A stretch of 32,000 bases of DNA from contig NC_010546.1 of assembly GCF_000017845.1 (NCBI RefSeq), forward strand, positions 600,001 to 632,000. Direction: 5' to 3'. This stretch comes from Crocosphaera subtropica ATCC 51142. GTDB lineage: Bacteria; Cyanobacteriota; Cyanobacteriia; Cyanobacteriales; Microcystaceae. Position numbers and translations under genes: made by a program. Below, in pieces: positions 1 to 9,241 of the stretch (its first letter is position 1; every line of letters starts with the position of its first letter). The notes beneath the pieces were generated by a model, which saw nothing but the letters and a program-made list of their open reading frames with translations, had not been told where the DNA came from and ran no database searches.

Positions 1-1565
1 ACTTTCTTATAGTCTAGATTCCATAATTCTAAAGCACAATCATCTTGTGGATTAGAGGGAATAAGATGTAAATGCAGCTTTTTATATTCTTCATCATATT
101 TACAATGGATGTCCTTGATCGCACCAATTTGCCGACGATCTAAAGCCACAGCCACCCGTAACATAGCACTTAATTGTTTAATCCGTTTACGATATTGATC
201 AGGTAATTTACTATAAGCGTCATGTTTTTTCTTAGGGGTACTTTTTCGGTGATAACGGGCAATATTAGCAATGGTTTCAATTTCGATTTCTGTAAACCCT
301 AATAATTCTGCATGACGAATCAAATAATAAGAGTGTTTATGATGGGACGAATGACTAATGTAAACACCACAATTATGTAAAATCGCTGCTGACCATAATA
401 ATTCCCGTTCGGTTTTTTCCCAGTCATGGAGAACCCCAAAAAGTTGATCAAATAAACTAACGGCAAAAGTAGCCACCTTTTCTCCATAACCAAGATCAAC
501 TTGATACTTACGAGCAATTTTATAAACACTTCTTTGACGAACGGCGGTTTGAAAACTGAGTCGATCTTCAATGAGTCCGTGGGTTAACATCCAATCAACG
601 ATCATTCCTTCTCGTAAAGCCCTTTCACAAATGGTAATACTTTCTAGGTCTAACATGGTCATGGCTTCTAAAAGAATGACCGCCCCGGCAACAATGATCT
701 CAGCCCTTTTTTCGGACATTCCTGATAGATCAACCCGTTCTTCATAGGTCAAAGAAACGAATTTTTTGACCATATCTTTGAGGTCTTTCCGACTCATTTG
801 ATATCCCTGTAAGGGACTAGGTAGTTCCCCCAACGTTTGTATTGCATGGATACTAACTAACGTTTCGATGGTTCCTGATGTACCGACAGCTTGTGGACTT
901 TCTCCTAGTTTCAATTTCCGTTTAACTTCATCGATAGGCCTTTCTAACATTCCTCGCACATAAGCCCGCAAATAGGTCAATTCTGTCTCATCAATGGGAT
1001 CACTACTGATAAACTCATTGGTCAGACGAACGGCCCCTACTTTGGTACTGCTTAAAAATCGGGGTTCTTGGGCATCTGCTAGGACAATTTCCGTTGAACC
1101 GCCTCCAATATCAATGATAACGTGGGGTTTTTCCTGAAAATCCATCCCCGATAACACCCCTAAATAGATGCGACGGGCTTCTTCATACCCCGAAATCAAA
1201 TTAATCGTAATACCGATTTTTTCTTCAACCTGCCAGATAAAGTCTAACCCATTGGGTGCTTCTCGGGTGGCACTGGTGGCGGCCGCAATAATATGTTCTA
1301 CATTAAAACTGTCTGCTAAGTCTTTACATCGCCGAAGAGAAGCTAAAGAACGGGCGATCGCTGCTTCGGTTAAATTGCCGGTTTTGGGATCTCTCTCTCC
1401 TAAGCGGACTGTATCTTTTTCCCGTGAAATGATGGTAAAAGCGGGTAAGGTTTTATCAATTTCCACAATTACCATGTGAATGGAGTTGGTGCCAATATCA
1501 ATGGCAGCCAGGGTACAAGTTTGTTCAGAAACCATATTGTTTTGCAGGGGGTTGCTGTTGGCCAT
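1..1565 (-). CDS. ppx: Exopolyphosphatase (Ppx/GppA family); N-terminus at 1565, C-terminal end runs off the window
   Basis: Absent from the ORF track because no stop lies inside the window. My reverse-strand translation from ATG (1565-1563) stays open to position 3 (~521 codons). It reads MANSNPLQNNMVSEQTCTLAAIDIGTNSIHMVIVE...HVIIDIGGGSTEIVLA...GTSGTIETL, which carries the actin-like phosphate motifs of Ppx/GppA. An HD-type region follows (LHNCGVYISHSSHHKHSYYLIRH...IARYHRKS). Track ORFs 320-571 and 1168-1479 are off-frame or antisense inside it. Confidence 0.85.
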   Translation of the reverse strand, partial: MANSNPLQNNMVSEQTCTLAAIDIGTNSIHMVIVEIDKTLPAFTIISREKDTVRLGERDPKTGNLTEAAIARSLASLRRCKDLADSFNVEHIIAAATSATREAPNGLDFIWQVEEKIGITINLISGYEEARRIYLGVLSGMDFQEKPHVIIDIGGGSTEIVLADAQEPRFLSSTKVGAVRLTNEFISSDPIDETELTYLRAYVRGMLERPIDEVKRKLKLGESPQAVGTSGTIETLVSIHAIQTLGELPSPLQGYQMSRKDLKDMVKKFVSLTYEERVDLSGMSEKRAEIIVAGAVILLEAMTMLDLESITICERALREGMIVDWMLTHGLIEDRLSFQTAVRQRSVYKIARKYQVDLGYGEKVATFAVSLFDQLFGVLHDWEKTERELLWSAAILHNCGVYISHSSHHKHSYYLIRHAELLGFTEIEIETIANIARYHRKSTPKKKHDAYSKLPDQYRKRIKQLSAMLRVAVALDRRQIGAIKDIHCKYDEEYKKLHLHLIPSNPQDDCALELWNLDYKK

Positions 1566-1739
1566 TTAAGGTTAGGGACTGATATCTAAGTGTTTCTCTA
1601 TTGTTATATTGTGTCATCTTTAGCCCCGTCAAATCAGACCGAATCATGGACAAAGGGAATTAATTATTTATTTATATTTATTTAGGACTGTTAAGAACCA
1701 TGAGGAATCCCTACACAAATTTTGGTTAAATCGGTTACA

Positions 1740-1753
1740 GTATAAGCAGATAC
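1740..1753. promoter_or_regulatory. NtcA-type palindrome GTA-N8-TAC (GTATAAGCAGATAC) in the ppx/sigma divergent spacer
   Basis: Exact match to the GTA-N8-TAC core read directly. A TATTTT (TAN3T) box lies at 1770-1775, but only 16 nt downstream rather than the canonical ~22. A chance occurrence in a 733-bp AT-rich spacer is plausible. Confidence 0.25.
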
Positions 1754-2299
1754 AACAATTGTTTTTTTTTATTTTCTTTATTAAGTTATCTGAGATTATT
1801 CCTTAACAAAACTTTATCTCAAAAAGGATGAAAAATCCTCCTCGAATCAGATAAGTTAGTGAGTAACAAGAGAAAAAATTTCATTCCTAGTGTGAAGGAG
1901 ACAGTCAAATGTTAAAAATATTCTATAGTTTCATCGCAAAAGCTACTCTTTCCATTTTTAAAATTGTCTTTTTGTAATTAGATAGACAAAACATCCTAAT
2001 AATTCTGGTAGCCTGATAAACAGCCAGTATTCCCAAACCTTGATTGGTTGAGGCTGGAGGCGATAGTCACGCTAATTAAATAGCAAGGTTAAGTTTTGTC
2101 CTTTATTGATCTTTTTTCTGTTATTTGGCTATTGATTGGTATCTGTTAAGAACGCTAACAAATTATTAAGAGAATCTTAAAAAGTTTCCCGTTCAACTGA
2201 CACCAAATCATCCATAATTCCTGATATAGCTGACCTCGTCTCCTCTCCTATTGTTCCCAAACTTGTTAAACCTGTTTTACTCCTCGGAATTATCAGCTT

Positions 2300-3424
2300 A
2301 TGAATACGACACAAATGATGCAAACGGAATCCAACAATGAATTCAACCCTTCTCAAATCGAAACAGTGGAATTTGAACAAACGGAACATGAATTGCAATC
2401 TGTCGAAGTAGAAATTTCCTCTTTATCTGATGAGTTAGGTAATCAATATCCAGAGGGATATCGTAAAACGGTTTCAGATGATACAGTTGGGGCATTTTTT
2501 AAAGAAATGTCTCGCTATCCCCTGTTAAATGCAGAAGAGGAGGTGGAGTTAGCCCATCATGTTCAATTTTTAGTGCAAGCAGAAGAAACCAGACAACAAC
2601 TCCAAGAAGCGTTGCAACATTCCCCCAGTAAAGCAGAATGGGCTAAAGCGATGGGGTTTGAGACGCAAAAGCAATTTGAACATCGTTTGCATCGGGGACG
2701 GACGGCTAAACGGAAAATGATTCGTTCTAATTTGCGCTTAGTGGTATCCATTGCTAAACGTTATCTTAATCGTGGTGTTCCTTTTCTGGATTTAATTCAA
2801 GAAGGGGCGATCGGTTTAAATCGCGCAGCCGAAAAATTTGACCCCAACAAAGGCTATAAATTCTCAACCTATGCTTATTGGTGGATTCGTCAGGCGATCA
2901 CTAGAACCATCGCCAATGATGCAAGAACCATTCGTTTACCGATTCATGTTGTCGAAAAATTAAACAAACTCAAAAAAGCCCAACGGGTTCTTAAACAAAA
3001 ATTACAACGCAACCCTAATGAAAAAGAACTGGCAGATGAGTTAGAAGTGAGTCCTTCTCAACTGCGTCAATTATTGCAACTCCGTCGACAATCTTTGTCT
3101 TTAAATCATCGGGTTGGTAAAGGAGAAGACACCGAATTAGTAGATTTGCTTGAAGATCAAGACTTACAACTCCCTGAAGAACTGATGAATGAGGGAATGT
3201 TACGTTATGAAGTCTCAGCAGTATTAAGTGATGTCTTAACCCAACGGGAAAAGGATGTTATTTCTTTGCGTTACGGGTTATGCACTTCTCAACCTCACAC
3301 CTTAGAAGAAGTAGGGGGAATTTTTAACCTTTCTCGTGAAAGAGTTCGTCAAATTCAAAGTAAAGCCATGCGGAAGTTACGTCGGCCTCAAGTGGCCCGT
3401 CGTTTGAAAGGATGGCTTCATTGA
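2300..3424 (+). CDS. Group-2 sigma-70 family RNA polymerase sigma factor
   Basis: 374-aa ORF with sigma-70 region 2 (DLIQEGAIGLNRAAEKFDPNKGYKFSTYAYWWIRQAITR), region 3 (RTIRLPIHVVEKLNKLKK) and region 4.2 (LEEVGGIFNLSRERVRQIQSKAMRKLR). Size and the H..EKLNK.KK pattern fit cyanobacterial group-2 factors (SigB-E type). The paralog cannot be assigned. There is no clear SD before 2300, and Met6/Met7 are alternative starts. Confidence 0.9.
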   Translation: MNTTQMMQTESNNEFNPSQIETVEFEQTEHELQSVEVEISSLSDELGNQYPEGYRKTVSDDTVGAFFKEMSRYPLLNAEEEVELAHHVQFLVQAEETRQQLQEALQHSPSKAEWAKAMGFETQKQFEHRLHRGRTAKRKMIRSNLRLVVSIAKRYLNRGVPFLDLIQEGAIGLNRAAEKFDPNKGYKFSTYAYWWIRQAITRTIANDARTIRLPIHVVEKLNKLKKAQRVLKQKLQRNPNEKELADELEVSPSQLRQLLQLRRQSLSLNHRVGKGEDTELVDLLEDQDLQLPEELMNEGMLRYEVSAVLSDVLTQREKDVISLRYGLCTSQPHTLEEVGGIFNLSRERVRQIQSKAMRKLRRPQVARRLKGWLH

Positions 3425-3433
3425 ACAGATTGA

Positions 3434-3478
3434 AATAGGTATGGGGTGAGACTCTAAAACTCATTAATCATACCTATT
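3434..3478 (+). terminator. 10-bp perfect stem (AATAGGTATG...CATACCTATT) 10 nt after the sigma-factor stop
   Basis: Inverted repeat read directly, with a 25-nt loop that has internal TGAG/CTCA pairing. No clear U-tract follows, so it may be a 3' stabiliser rather than an intrinsic terminator. Confidence 0.4.
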
Positions 3479-3537
3479 CTCATTGCAAACCCTACAGTGA
3501 TGCAAAATGATGAGATATTTAAAGTTTTTAAATATAT

Positions 3538-3575
3538 AAAAATATTGGCTAGTGAATAGTTAAGTCTCACTAGCC
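3538..3575 (-). terminator. Intrinsic terminator of the HLIP gene
   Basis: 9-bp perfect stem GGCTAGTGA (3547-3555) / TCACTAGCC (3567-3575) with an 11-nt loop. On the minus strand it is followed by AATATTTTTA. It lies 37 nt downstream of the hli stop. Confidence 0.6.
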
Positions 3576-3611
3576 ATATCTATTTTAGTTTATTTTAAAT
3601 ACTTATCATCT

Positions 3612-3824
3612 CTAGAGATTGGTTAGCCAAGTTACTAAACCTTGTCCCGTTAAGCTTTCAAAGGCTAATAACGAAATAAAACCAATCATAGCAAGGCGAC
3701 CATTGAGTTTTTCTGCATATTTGTTAAATCCAAATTGTTTCTTTTGGTCAACATACATTTTTGGTTCAATAGCATAGTTATTTAAACGGCCTTGTTCTTC
3801 GGTTACATAACTGCGAGAAGTCAT
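3612..3824 (-). CDS. hli: High-light-inducible protein (HLIP/Scp, single-helix CAB family), 70 aa
   Basis: MTSRSYVTEEQGRLNNYAIEPKMYVDQKKQFGFNKYAEKLNGRLAMIGFISLLAFESLTGQGL contains the chlorophyll-binding ExxNGRxAMxGF helix typical of HliA-D. The track ORF (3612-3887) begins at a TTG and reads through the HLR1 box. The ATG at 3824 gives the canonical ~70-aa size. Confidence 0.85.
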   Translation of the reverse strand: MTSRSYVTEEQGRLNNYAIEPKMYVDQKKQFGFNKYAEKLNGRLAMIGFISLLAFESLTGQGLVTWLTNL

Positions 3825-3857
3825 AAATTTATTTTTTATTGAGTGCCTACATTTAGA

Positions 3858-3875
3858 AATGTAACAGAATGTAAC
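3858..3875 (-). promoter_or_regulatory. HLR1 element (RpaB binding site): GTTACATT-CT-GTTACATT
   Basis: The minus strand reads GTTACATTCTGTTACATT. That is two perfect (G/T)TTACA(T/A)(T/A) octamers separated by 2 nt, 34-51 nt upstream of the hli ATG. This matches the published HLR1 consensus exactly. Confidence 0.65.
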
Positions 3876-4138
3876 GAAGTATTGCAAGGTCTTGACTTAA
3901 AAAAATAGGAGTGCATACCGAACCAAAGACAATCAAGGTATAGTCAAGAGCAAGAATATTTCTAGGTTTCGCAGTTTTCTAAATCAATGTGATAGTGTAG
4001 GGCTAACCGTACAAACTTCTTTATTTTGTGAATTAACAGAGATTTGTTAAGCTAACCTCAATTCGGGATAAGCTAAAACGTTAATAAAATCGTTGCCTAA
4101 AACACCCATTATTTCGTTGCATATGCACTAACTTTCAC

Positions 4139-4166
4139 CTCCGAACTCCTAACTCCGAACTCAGGT
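4139..4166 (+). repeat. Heptamer tandem repeat CTCCGAA-CTCCTAA-CTCCGAA-CTCAGGT (STRR-like)
   Basis: Four consecutive 7-mers read directly. A near-identical array occurs inverted at 14811-14838. Confidence 0.7.
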
Positions 4167-4278
4167 TAAGCTAGTTATCTAATCAAAAATCATCTTCAAT
4201 CCCTATTTTCCTAGAACCATCAACGAAGCAATGTAAAATAAATAATTAATTTACTTATCTCAACAATAAAACAATTTT

Positions 4279-4306
4279 ATAGGGTTTGTCATAGACTTAA
4301 TTCTAT
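4279..4306. promoter_or_regulatory. NdhR (CcmR)-type operator: ATAG-N8-ATAG-N8-CTAT, with a perfect ATAG-N8-CTAT at 4291-4306
   Basis: ATAGACTTAATTCTAT lies 59 nt upstream of the ndhF3 ATG, with an extra ATAG half-site exactly 8 nt further upstream (4279-4282). ATAG-N8-CTAT is the published NdhR motif for the Synechocystis ndhF3 operon. Confidence 0.45.
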
Positions 4307-4364
4307 GAATCTGCTTTAATAGATATCAGTGAATTGACGTAAAACTTATCATCGATAAATACAA

Positions 4365-6203
4365 ATGATAGAAGCTTTAAGTCAAACAATTTGGCTAGTT
4401 CCTTTATACGCACTAATGGGGGGCATACTTGCAATACCCTGGTCCCCTGGAATTATTCGGGAAACCGGTCCGAGGCCATCAGGTTATGTCAATATCTTGA
4501 TGACTCTCATTGCCTTGATACATAGTTTAGTAACTTTAATAGAAACTTGGGGGAAACCTGCCAGTTATTTATCCTTTTCTTGGCTTCATGCTGCTGATTT
4601 AAACATCACTTTTGATATCGAAATTTCAACCATTACCCTTTCGGCATTAGTCTTAATTACTGCACTTAATTTATTAGCACAAATTTATGCCATTGGTTAC
4701 ATGGAAATGGACTGGGGATGGGCGAGATTTTACTCTTTGCTGGCTCTTTTTGAAGCAGGGATGTGTACTCTAGTTTTATGTAATTCCCTATTTTTCAGTT
4801 ATGTTGTCCTAGAAATTTTAACGTTAGGGACTTATCTATTGATTGGGTTATGGTTCAATCAATCTTTAGTGGTAACTGGTGCTAGAGATGCCTTTTTAAC
4901 CAAGCGGGTTGGGGACTTAATTCTACTCATGGGGGTAGTTGCTTTGTTACCTTTAGCCGGAACTTGGAATTATAACGAGTTGGCTATATGGGCGCAAACT
5001 GCTACCATAAGCCCGACTACAGCGACATTACTCTGTTTAGCCTTAATAGCCGGACCTTTAGCCAAATGCGCTCAATTTCCCTTGCATTTATGGTTAGATG
5101 AGGCCATGGAAGGGCCAATGCCGGCGACTATATTACGGAATACCGTTGTTGTCTCTACTGGTGCTTGGGTATTGATTAAATTACAACCAGTGTTAGCCTT
5201 ATCTGGCATCGCTTCTAACTTTATGATTTGCGTAGGGGCAGTAACGGCTATTGGTGCTAGTTTAATTGCCATTGCTCAAATTGATATTAAGCGATCGCTG
5301 TCCTATTCGGTGAGTGCATACATGGGTTTGGTCTTCATTGCCGTGGGAACCCAACAGGATACAGTGGCGTTAAAATTATTGTTGACTTATGCGATCGCCA
5401 TGTCGTTATTGGTGATGAGTGTGGGAGGTGTCGTATTAAACACCATTACCCAAGATTTAACCCAATACGGTGGTTTATGGTCCCGTCGTCCCCTTTCTGG
5501 CATCTGTTTCTTAGTTGGAGCAGCTTCACTGGTGGCGTTTCCGCCGTTGGGCTGTTTTTGGACATTGACAGAGATGGCCGATAACCTATGGTTGAGTTAT
5601 CCTCAGTTAGTGGTGGTGATGCTGTTGGTAAATGGGTTAACAGCCTTTAGTCTTACCCGTGAGTTTAGCCTGATTTTTGGCGGAAAAATCAAACAAATGA
5701 CGGTGCGATCGCCAGAAGGGTTATGGGCGTTAGTGTTGCCCATGATGGTAACAATGGGGTTTGCGCTGCACGTTCCCATTTTATTGTATCAATGGCAGTT
5801 ATTACCGATTTGGCAAGCATTAAATGTGACCGTCGCCGGATCATTAACCCTTACCAGTTTAATCGGTGCCGGAACCGCAGCTTATCTTTATCTCAATGAT
5901 GATATTTCTAAACCCATTCAGTTACCATCGAAAGCCTTACAAGACTTTTTTGCTTACGATCTGTACACCGAGAAATTTTATCGCACCACCATTGTTTTTG
6001 TTGTGGGTTTAGTGTCTCAAGTTATCTATTGGTTTGATCGTTATTTAGTAGATGGAGTGATTAACTTAGTAGGGTTAGCCACCATCTTCGGTGGCGAAAC
6101 CTTAAAGTATAATGCTTCGGGTCAAACGCAATTCTACTTTCTGTCAATTTTTCTAGGAGTTATTCTCTTTGTTGGCATGATTTTTTCCAATTTCATTATT
6201 TAA
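4365..6203 (+). CDS. ndhF3: NDH-1 subunit F3 (CO2-uptake NDH-1MS complex)
   Basis: 612-aa polytopic NuoL/NdhF antiporter-like protein. It is assigned to F3 by the operon context ndhF-ndhD-cupA and a size close to the known NdhF3 (~615 aa). Confidence 0.85.
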   Translation: MIEALSQTIWLVPLYALMGGILAIPWSPGIIRETGPRPSGYVNILMTLIALIHSLVTLIETWGKPASYLSFSWLHAADLNITFDIEISTITLSALVLITALNLLAQIYAIGYMEMDWGWARFYSLLALFEAGMCTLVLCNSLFFSYVVLEILTLGTYLLIGLWFNQSLVVTGARDAFLTKRVGDLILLMGVVALLPLAGTWNYNELAIWAQTATISPTTATLLCLALIAGPLAKCAQFPLHLWLDEAMEGPMPATILRNTVVVSTGAWVLIKLQPVLALSGIASNFMICVGAVTAIGASLIAIAQIDIKRSLSYSVSAYMGLVFIAVGTQQDTVALKLLLTYAIAMSLLVMSVGGVVLNTITQDLTQYGGLWSRRPLSGICFLVGAASLVAFPPLGCFWTLTEMADNLWLSYPQLVVVMLLVNGLTAFSLTREFSLIFGGKIKQMTVRSPEGLWALVLPMMVTMGFALHVPILLYQWQLLPIWQALNVTVAGSLTLTSLIGAGTAAYLYLNDDISKPIQLPSKALQDFFAYDLYTEKFYRTTIVFVVGLVSQVIYWFDRYLVDGVINLVGLATIFGGETLKYNASGQTQFYFLSIFLGVILFVGMIFSNFII

Positions 6204-6242
6204 TTATCTGAAATTTAGATCATCATTGAATTAGGAGAAAAA

Positions 6243-7745
6243 ATGCTGAGTTTTTTACTTTGGTTCCCCATATTAGGGTCAATTATTATCGGGTTAGTGC
6301 CAGGAAAACTAGAGTCTTCTCGCTTGCGTCAAATTACTGCAATTTTAGCTTTCATTATTTTTGGGGCTACGGTTTGGTTATTAACACAATTTGATTTGAG
6401 TGATCCAAGCTGGCAATTTTCTGAATATTTACCCTGGTCTGATTTTATTGGTTTAAGCTACAGTTTAGGAGTTGATGGTTTATCTTTGCCTCTCATTGCT
6501 TTAAATAGTCTCTTGACAATTATTGCAATTTATAGTATTGGTGAAAATGTAGAAAGACCCCGTTTATACTATGCTTTGACTCTGTTAATTAATGCAGGAA
6601 TTACCGGGGCATTAGCAGCACAAAACCTCTTATTATTTGTGATTTTTTATGAACTGGAATTAATTCCTTTCTATTTAATGATTGCTATTTGGGGAGGGGA
6701 AAAAAGAGGCTATGCGTCTACTAAATTTTTACTCTATACTGCTGTTTCTGGACTGTTAGTTTTAGCAGCATTTTTAGGCATTGGTTTTCTCAACGGTGCC
6801 AGCAGTTTCGACTACGACATTATCACCACAGAAGGGTTAGCATTAAACACCAAACTGATACTATTAACCGTTCTTTTAATTGGGTTTGGTATCAAAATTC
6901 CCTTAGTTCCTTTGCATACATGGCTCCCTGATGCGTATACAGAAGCCTCACCAGCCGTTACCATCTTATTAGGAGGAATTTTAGCAAAATTAGGAACTTA
7001 TGGCTTAATTCGCTTTGGTTTGCAACTATTTCCTGATGCTTGGGCCATTGTTGCCCCAGGATTGGCGATCATAGGAACCGTGAGTGTGTTGTACGGGGCT
7101 TTAAGTGCGATCGCTCAAAAAGATATTAAACGCATGGTCGCCTACAGTTCCATTGGTCACATGGGTTATATTTTAGTAGCAGCGGCCGCAGGGACTCAAT
7201 TAAGCACCCTTGGCGCAGTAGCCCAAATGATCAGTCATGGCTTAATTTTAGCCCTCTTGTTCCATTTAGTGGGCATTGTCGAGCGGAAAGTAGGGACCCG
7301 TGACTTAGATGTACTCAACGGGTTAATGAACCCCATACGGGGTTTACCTCTCACCAGTGCGTTGTTAATCACTGCAGGGATGGCCAGTGCCGGAATTCCT
7401 GGTTTAGTGGGCTTTGCTGCTGAATTTATCGTATTTCAGGGCAGTTTTGCCACATTTCCCATTCCGACCTTGCTCTGTATTGTTGCTTCTGGATTAACCG
7501 CCGTTTATTTTGTTATTCTGTTGAATCGTACTTGTTTCGGGAAATTAGACAACGAAAAGGCTTATTATCCCCCTGTTTTACCATCAGAAACTGTTCCTGC
7601 TCTGGTTCTCACCCTTATTATTCTAGTTCTCGGTGTACAACCTAACTGGTTACTCAAATGGATTGAACCGACAACCGATTTATTTGTCGTTAAAGTTCAC
7701 CCAATAGAACAAGTTGCAGTGAACAGTACAACCATAAGACCGTAA
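6243..7745 (+). CDS. ndhD3: NDH-1 subunit D3 (CO2-uptake NDH-1MS complex)
   Basis: 500-aa NuoM/NdhD-like membrane protein (LVPLHTWLPDAYTEASPAVTILLGGILAKLGTYG). AGGAG lies 7 nt before the ATG. It sits between ndhF3 and cupA. Confidence 0.85.
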   Translation: MLSFLLWFPILGSIIIGLVPGKLESSRLRQITAILAFIIFGATVWLLTQFDLSDPSWQFSEYLPWSDFIGLSYSLGVDGLSLPLIALNSLLTIIAIYSIGENVERPRLYYALTLLINAGITGALAAQNLLLFVIFYELELIPFYLMIAIWGGEKRGYASTKFLLYTAVSGLLVLAAFLGIGFLNGASSFDYDIITTEGLALNTKLILLTVLLIGFGIKIPLVPLHTWLPDAYTEASPAVTILLGGILAKLGTYGLIRFGLQLFPDAWAIVAPGLAIIGTVSVLYGALSAIAQKDIKRMVAYSSIGHMGYILVAAAAGTQLSTLGAVAQMISHGLILALLFHLVGIVERKVGTRDLDVLNGLMNPIRGLPLTSALLITAGMASAGIPGLVGFAAEFIVFQGSFATFPIPTLLCIVASGLTAVYFVILLNRTCFGKLDNEKAYYPPVLPSETVPALVLTLIILVLGVQPNWLLKWIEPTTDLFVVKVHPIEQVAVNSTTIRP

Positions 7746-7801
7746 GGTGGGCAAGTTAAGACATTATTCAAGATAGCAATAAAGATAAAATCTTGCCTAC
7801 C
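7746..7801 (+). other. Intercistronic hairpin starting immediately after the ndhD3 stop (GGTGGGCAAG...CTTGCCTACC)
   Basis: 10-bp stem with one G-U pair and a 36-nt AT-rich loop. The left arm shares GGTGGGCA with the 17-mer palindrome at 9247 and 29721. Confidence 0.5.
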
Positions 7802-7839
7802 CTACAACTGATAACTGAGTCAAAAAACAGAAATTTACC

Positions 7840-9141
7840 ATGACACAAGCAACCCTTAACCCTACCGCAAAAATTCCCCCATCAACCCATCAATTTGCTG
7901 ATATCATTCATCGCTTAGAAGCCGGGGGGTCCATGTTACCAGATACCCCAGAAAACCTAATGCAAATTATCGGCATTTATAAAGCCTATGCTGTGCCAAT
8001 GGACTTCTATTGGCGAGACTTATTATATATTGCTGAAAGAGTCTTTTTAGAACCCCTTCCCTTCTTTAAATATTTCCTACCACAAGACTATTTAGACTTA
8101 CACAATCATTATGCTGGTGACGATGCTGACTTAAGAATTTGGCGAGGAATAGCAAGCGCACACCCTGAACTTTTAGAGTTTATGGAAAAGGGAAAAACCG
8201 GAAAAATGCCTAAGCTATTTCATCATCTTAACCATGATCGCATTAATATGGAATTTGCAGAAGCTTGTATGCGAGCAATGTTATGGCATGGTCGAGATAT
8301 GGGGTTAGGTAAGTTTGATGCTTACTTAGACAGCGATGAATATAAAGCCAATGCGGATAAAGCAATTAAAGCTTATTTTAAGAATAATCCTGCTATGTTA
8401 GGGTTATATAAATTGTTCCCTGAAATGTTCATCGAACAAGTCAGACAGTTATCTTATTATTCCAATTTAGGACTGTTTTGGGAAGTAATGGCCCCTGTCT
8501 TTTTCGAGATGTCTGATATTTATGATGAAGGTGGATTTAAAGGGGTTCCTGATGCCATGAATTTTTTAATTAATGGTATTTTTGCGATTGCTGGCCGTCC
8601 GATTTATCATCATGTTTATATTGGGGATGAATGTTACGAAATTATCCCGAAATCTAAAGGGTTTATGTGGCTGTATGAAGCAGCCTTACCCTATGTAGAA
8701 GCCGTGTTTTATCGGACTGCACCTTTTAGGGGAACTAAGTCTTATAACGCCCAAGCAAAACAAGTTCCAGCCGATCAAAAAGACTTTCATTATGGCATTT
8801 TATACGCCGATGTTTTTCCCGTAGGAACCGCAGGTATTCCGCCCACATTATTAATGGATGATATGTATCACTTTTTGCCTGATTATCTAAAAGAATACTA
8901 TCAAAAACATTGTCGGGGTGAAAAGGATATGTTGATTCAATTAGGGATTACATTTCAGCGTTCGATGTACAATGTTACCTCTGCTGTCATTCAAGCGTTA
9001 AGAACCGCTTTACTCTATCCATTAGACGATGAAAATCCGAAACATTTACTCAAGAATCGTCAATTTTTTGAATCACAAATGGACAGATTTTTACGTCCAG
9101 AAGCCCGTTTAAGAGATATTCAAAGTCAATCTTACCGTTAA
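7840..9141 (+). CDS. cupA: CO2 hydration protein CupA (ChpY)
   Basis: 433-aa soluble protein directly downstream of ndhF3-ndhD3. Size and position match CupA/ChpY. Recognised by context and general sequence character, not by a searchable motif. Confidence 0.8.
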   Translation: MTQATLNPTAKIPPSTHQFADIIHRLEAGGSMLPDTPENLMQIIGIYKAYAVPMDFYWRDLLYIAERVFLEPLPFFKYFLPQDYLDLHNHYAGDDADLRIWRGIASAHPELLEFMEKGKTGKMPKLFHHLNHDRINMEFAEACMRAMLWHGRDMGLGKFDAYLDSDEYKANADKAIKAYFKNNPAMLGLYKLFPEMFIEQVRQLSYYSNLGLFWEVMAPVFFEMSDIYDEGGFKGVPDAMNFLINGIFAIAGRPIYHHVYIGDECYEIIPKSKGFMWLYEAALPYVEAVFYRTAPFRGTKSYNAQAKQVPADQKDFHYGILYADVFPVGTAGIPPTLLMDDMYHFLPDYLKEYYQKHCRGEKDMLIQLGITFQRSMYNVTSAVIQALRTALLYPLDDENPKHLLKNRQFFESQMDRFLRPEARLRDIQSQSYR

Positions 9142-9241
9142 AAGATTATGGACGATTACAAAGAGTTATTAGAGATTAGATTAATTTCCATTGTAGCCAT
9201 GAGTTTATCCTTTTTCCTTTATTTGATAACATGGTTATAGT

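Noticed and set aside
320-1479. Track ORFs 320-571 (-) and 1168-1479 (+)
   Set aside because: Both lie inside the ppx coding region, off-frame or antisense. ppx itself is missing from the track only because its stop is outside the window.
3825-3887. N-terminal 21-codon extension of the hli ORF (TTG start)
   Set aside because: The extension covers the HLR1 box and would give an atypical 91-aa HLIP. The ATG at 3824 yields the canonical 70-aa protein.
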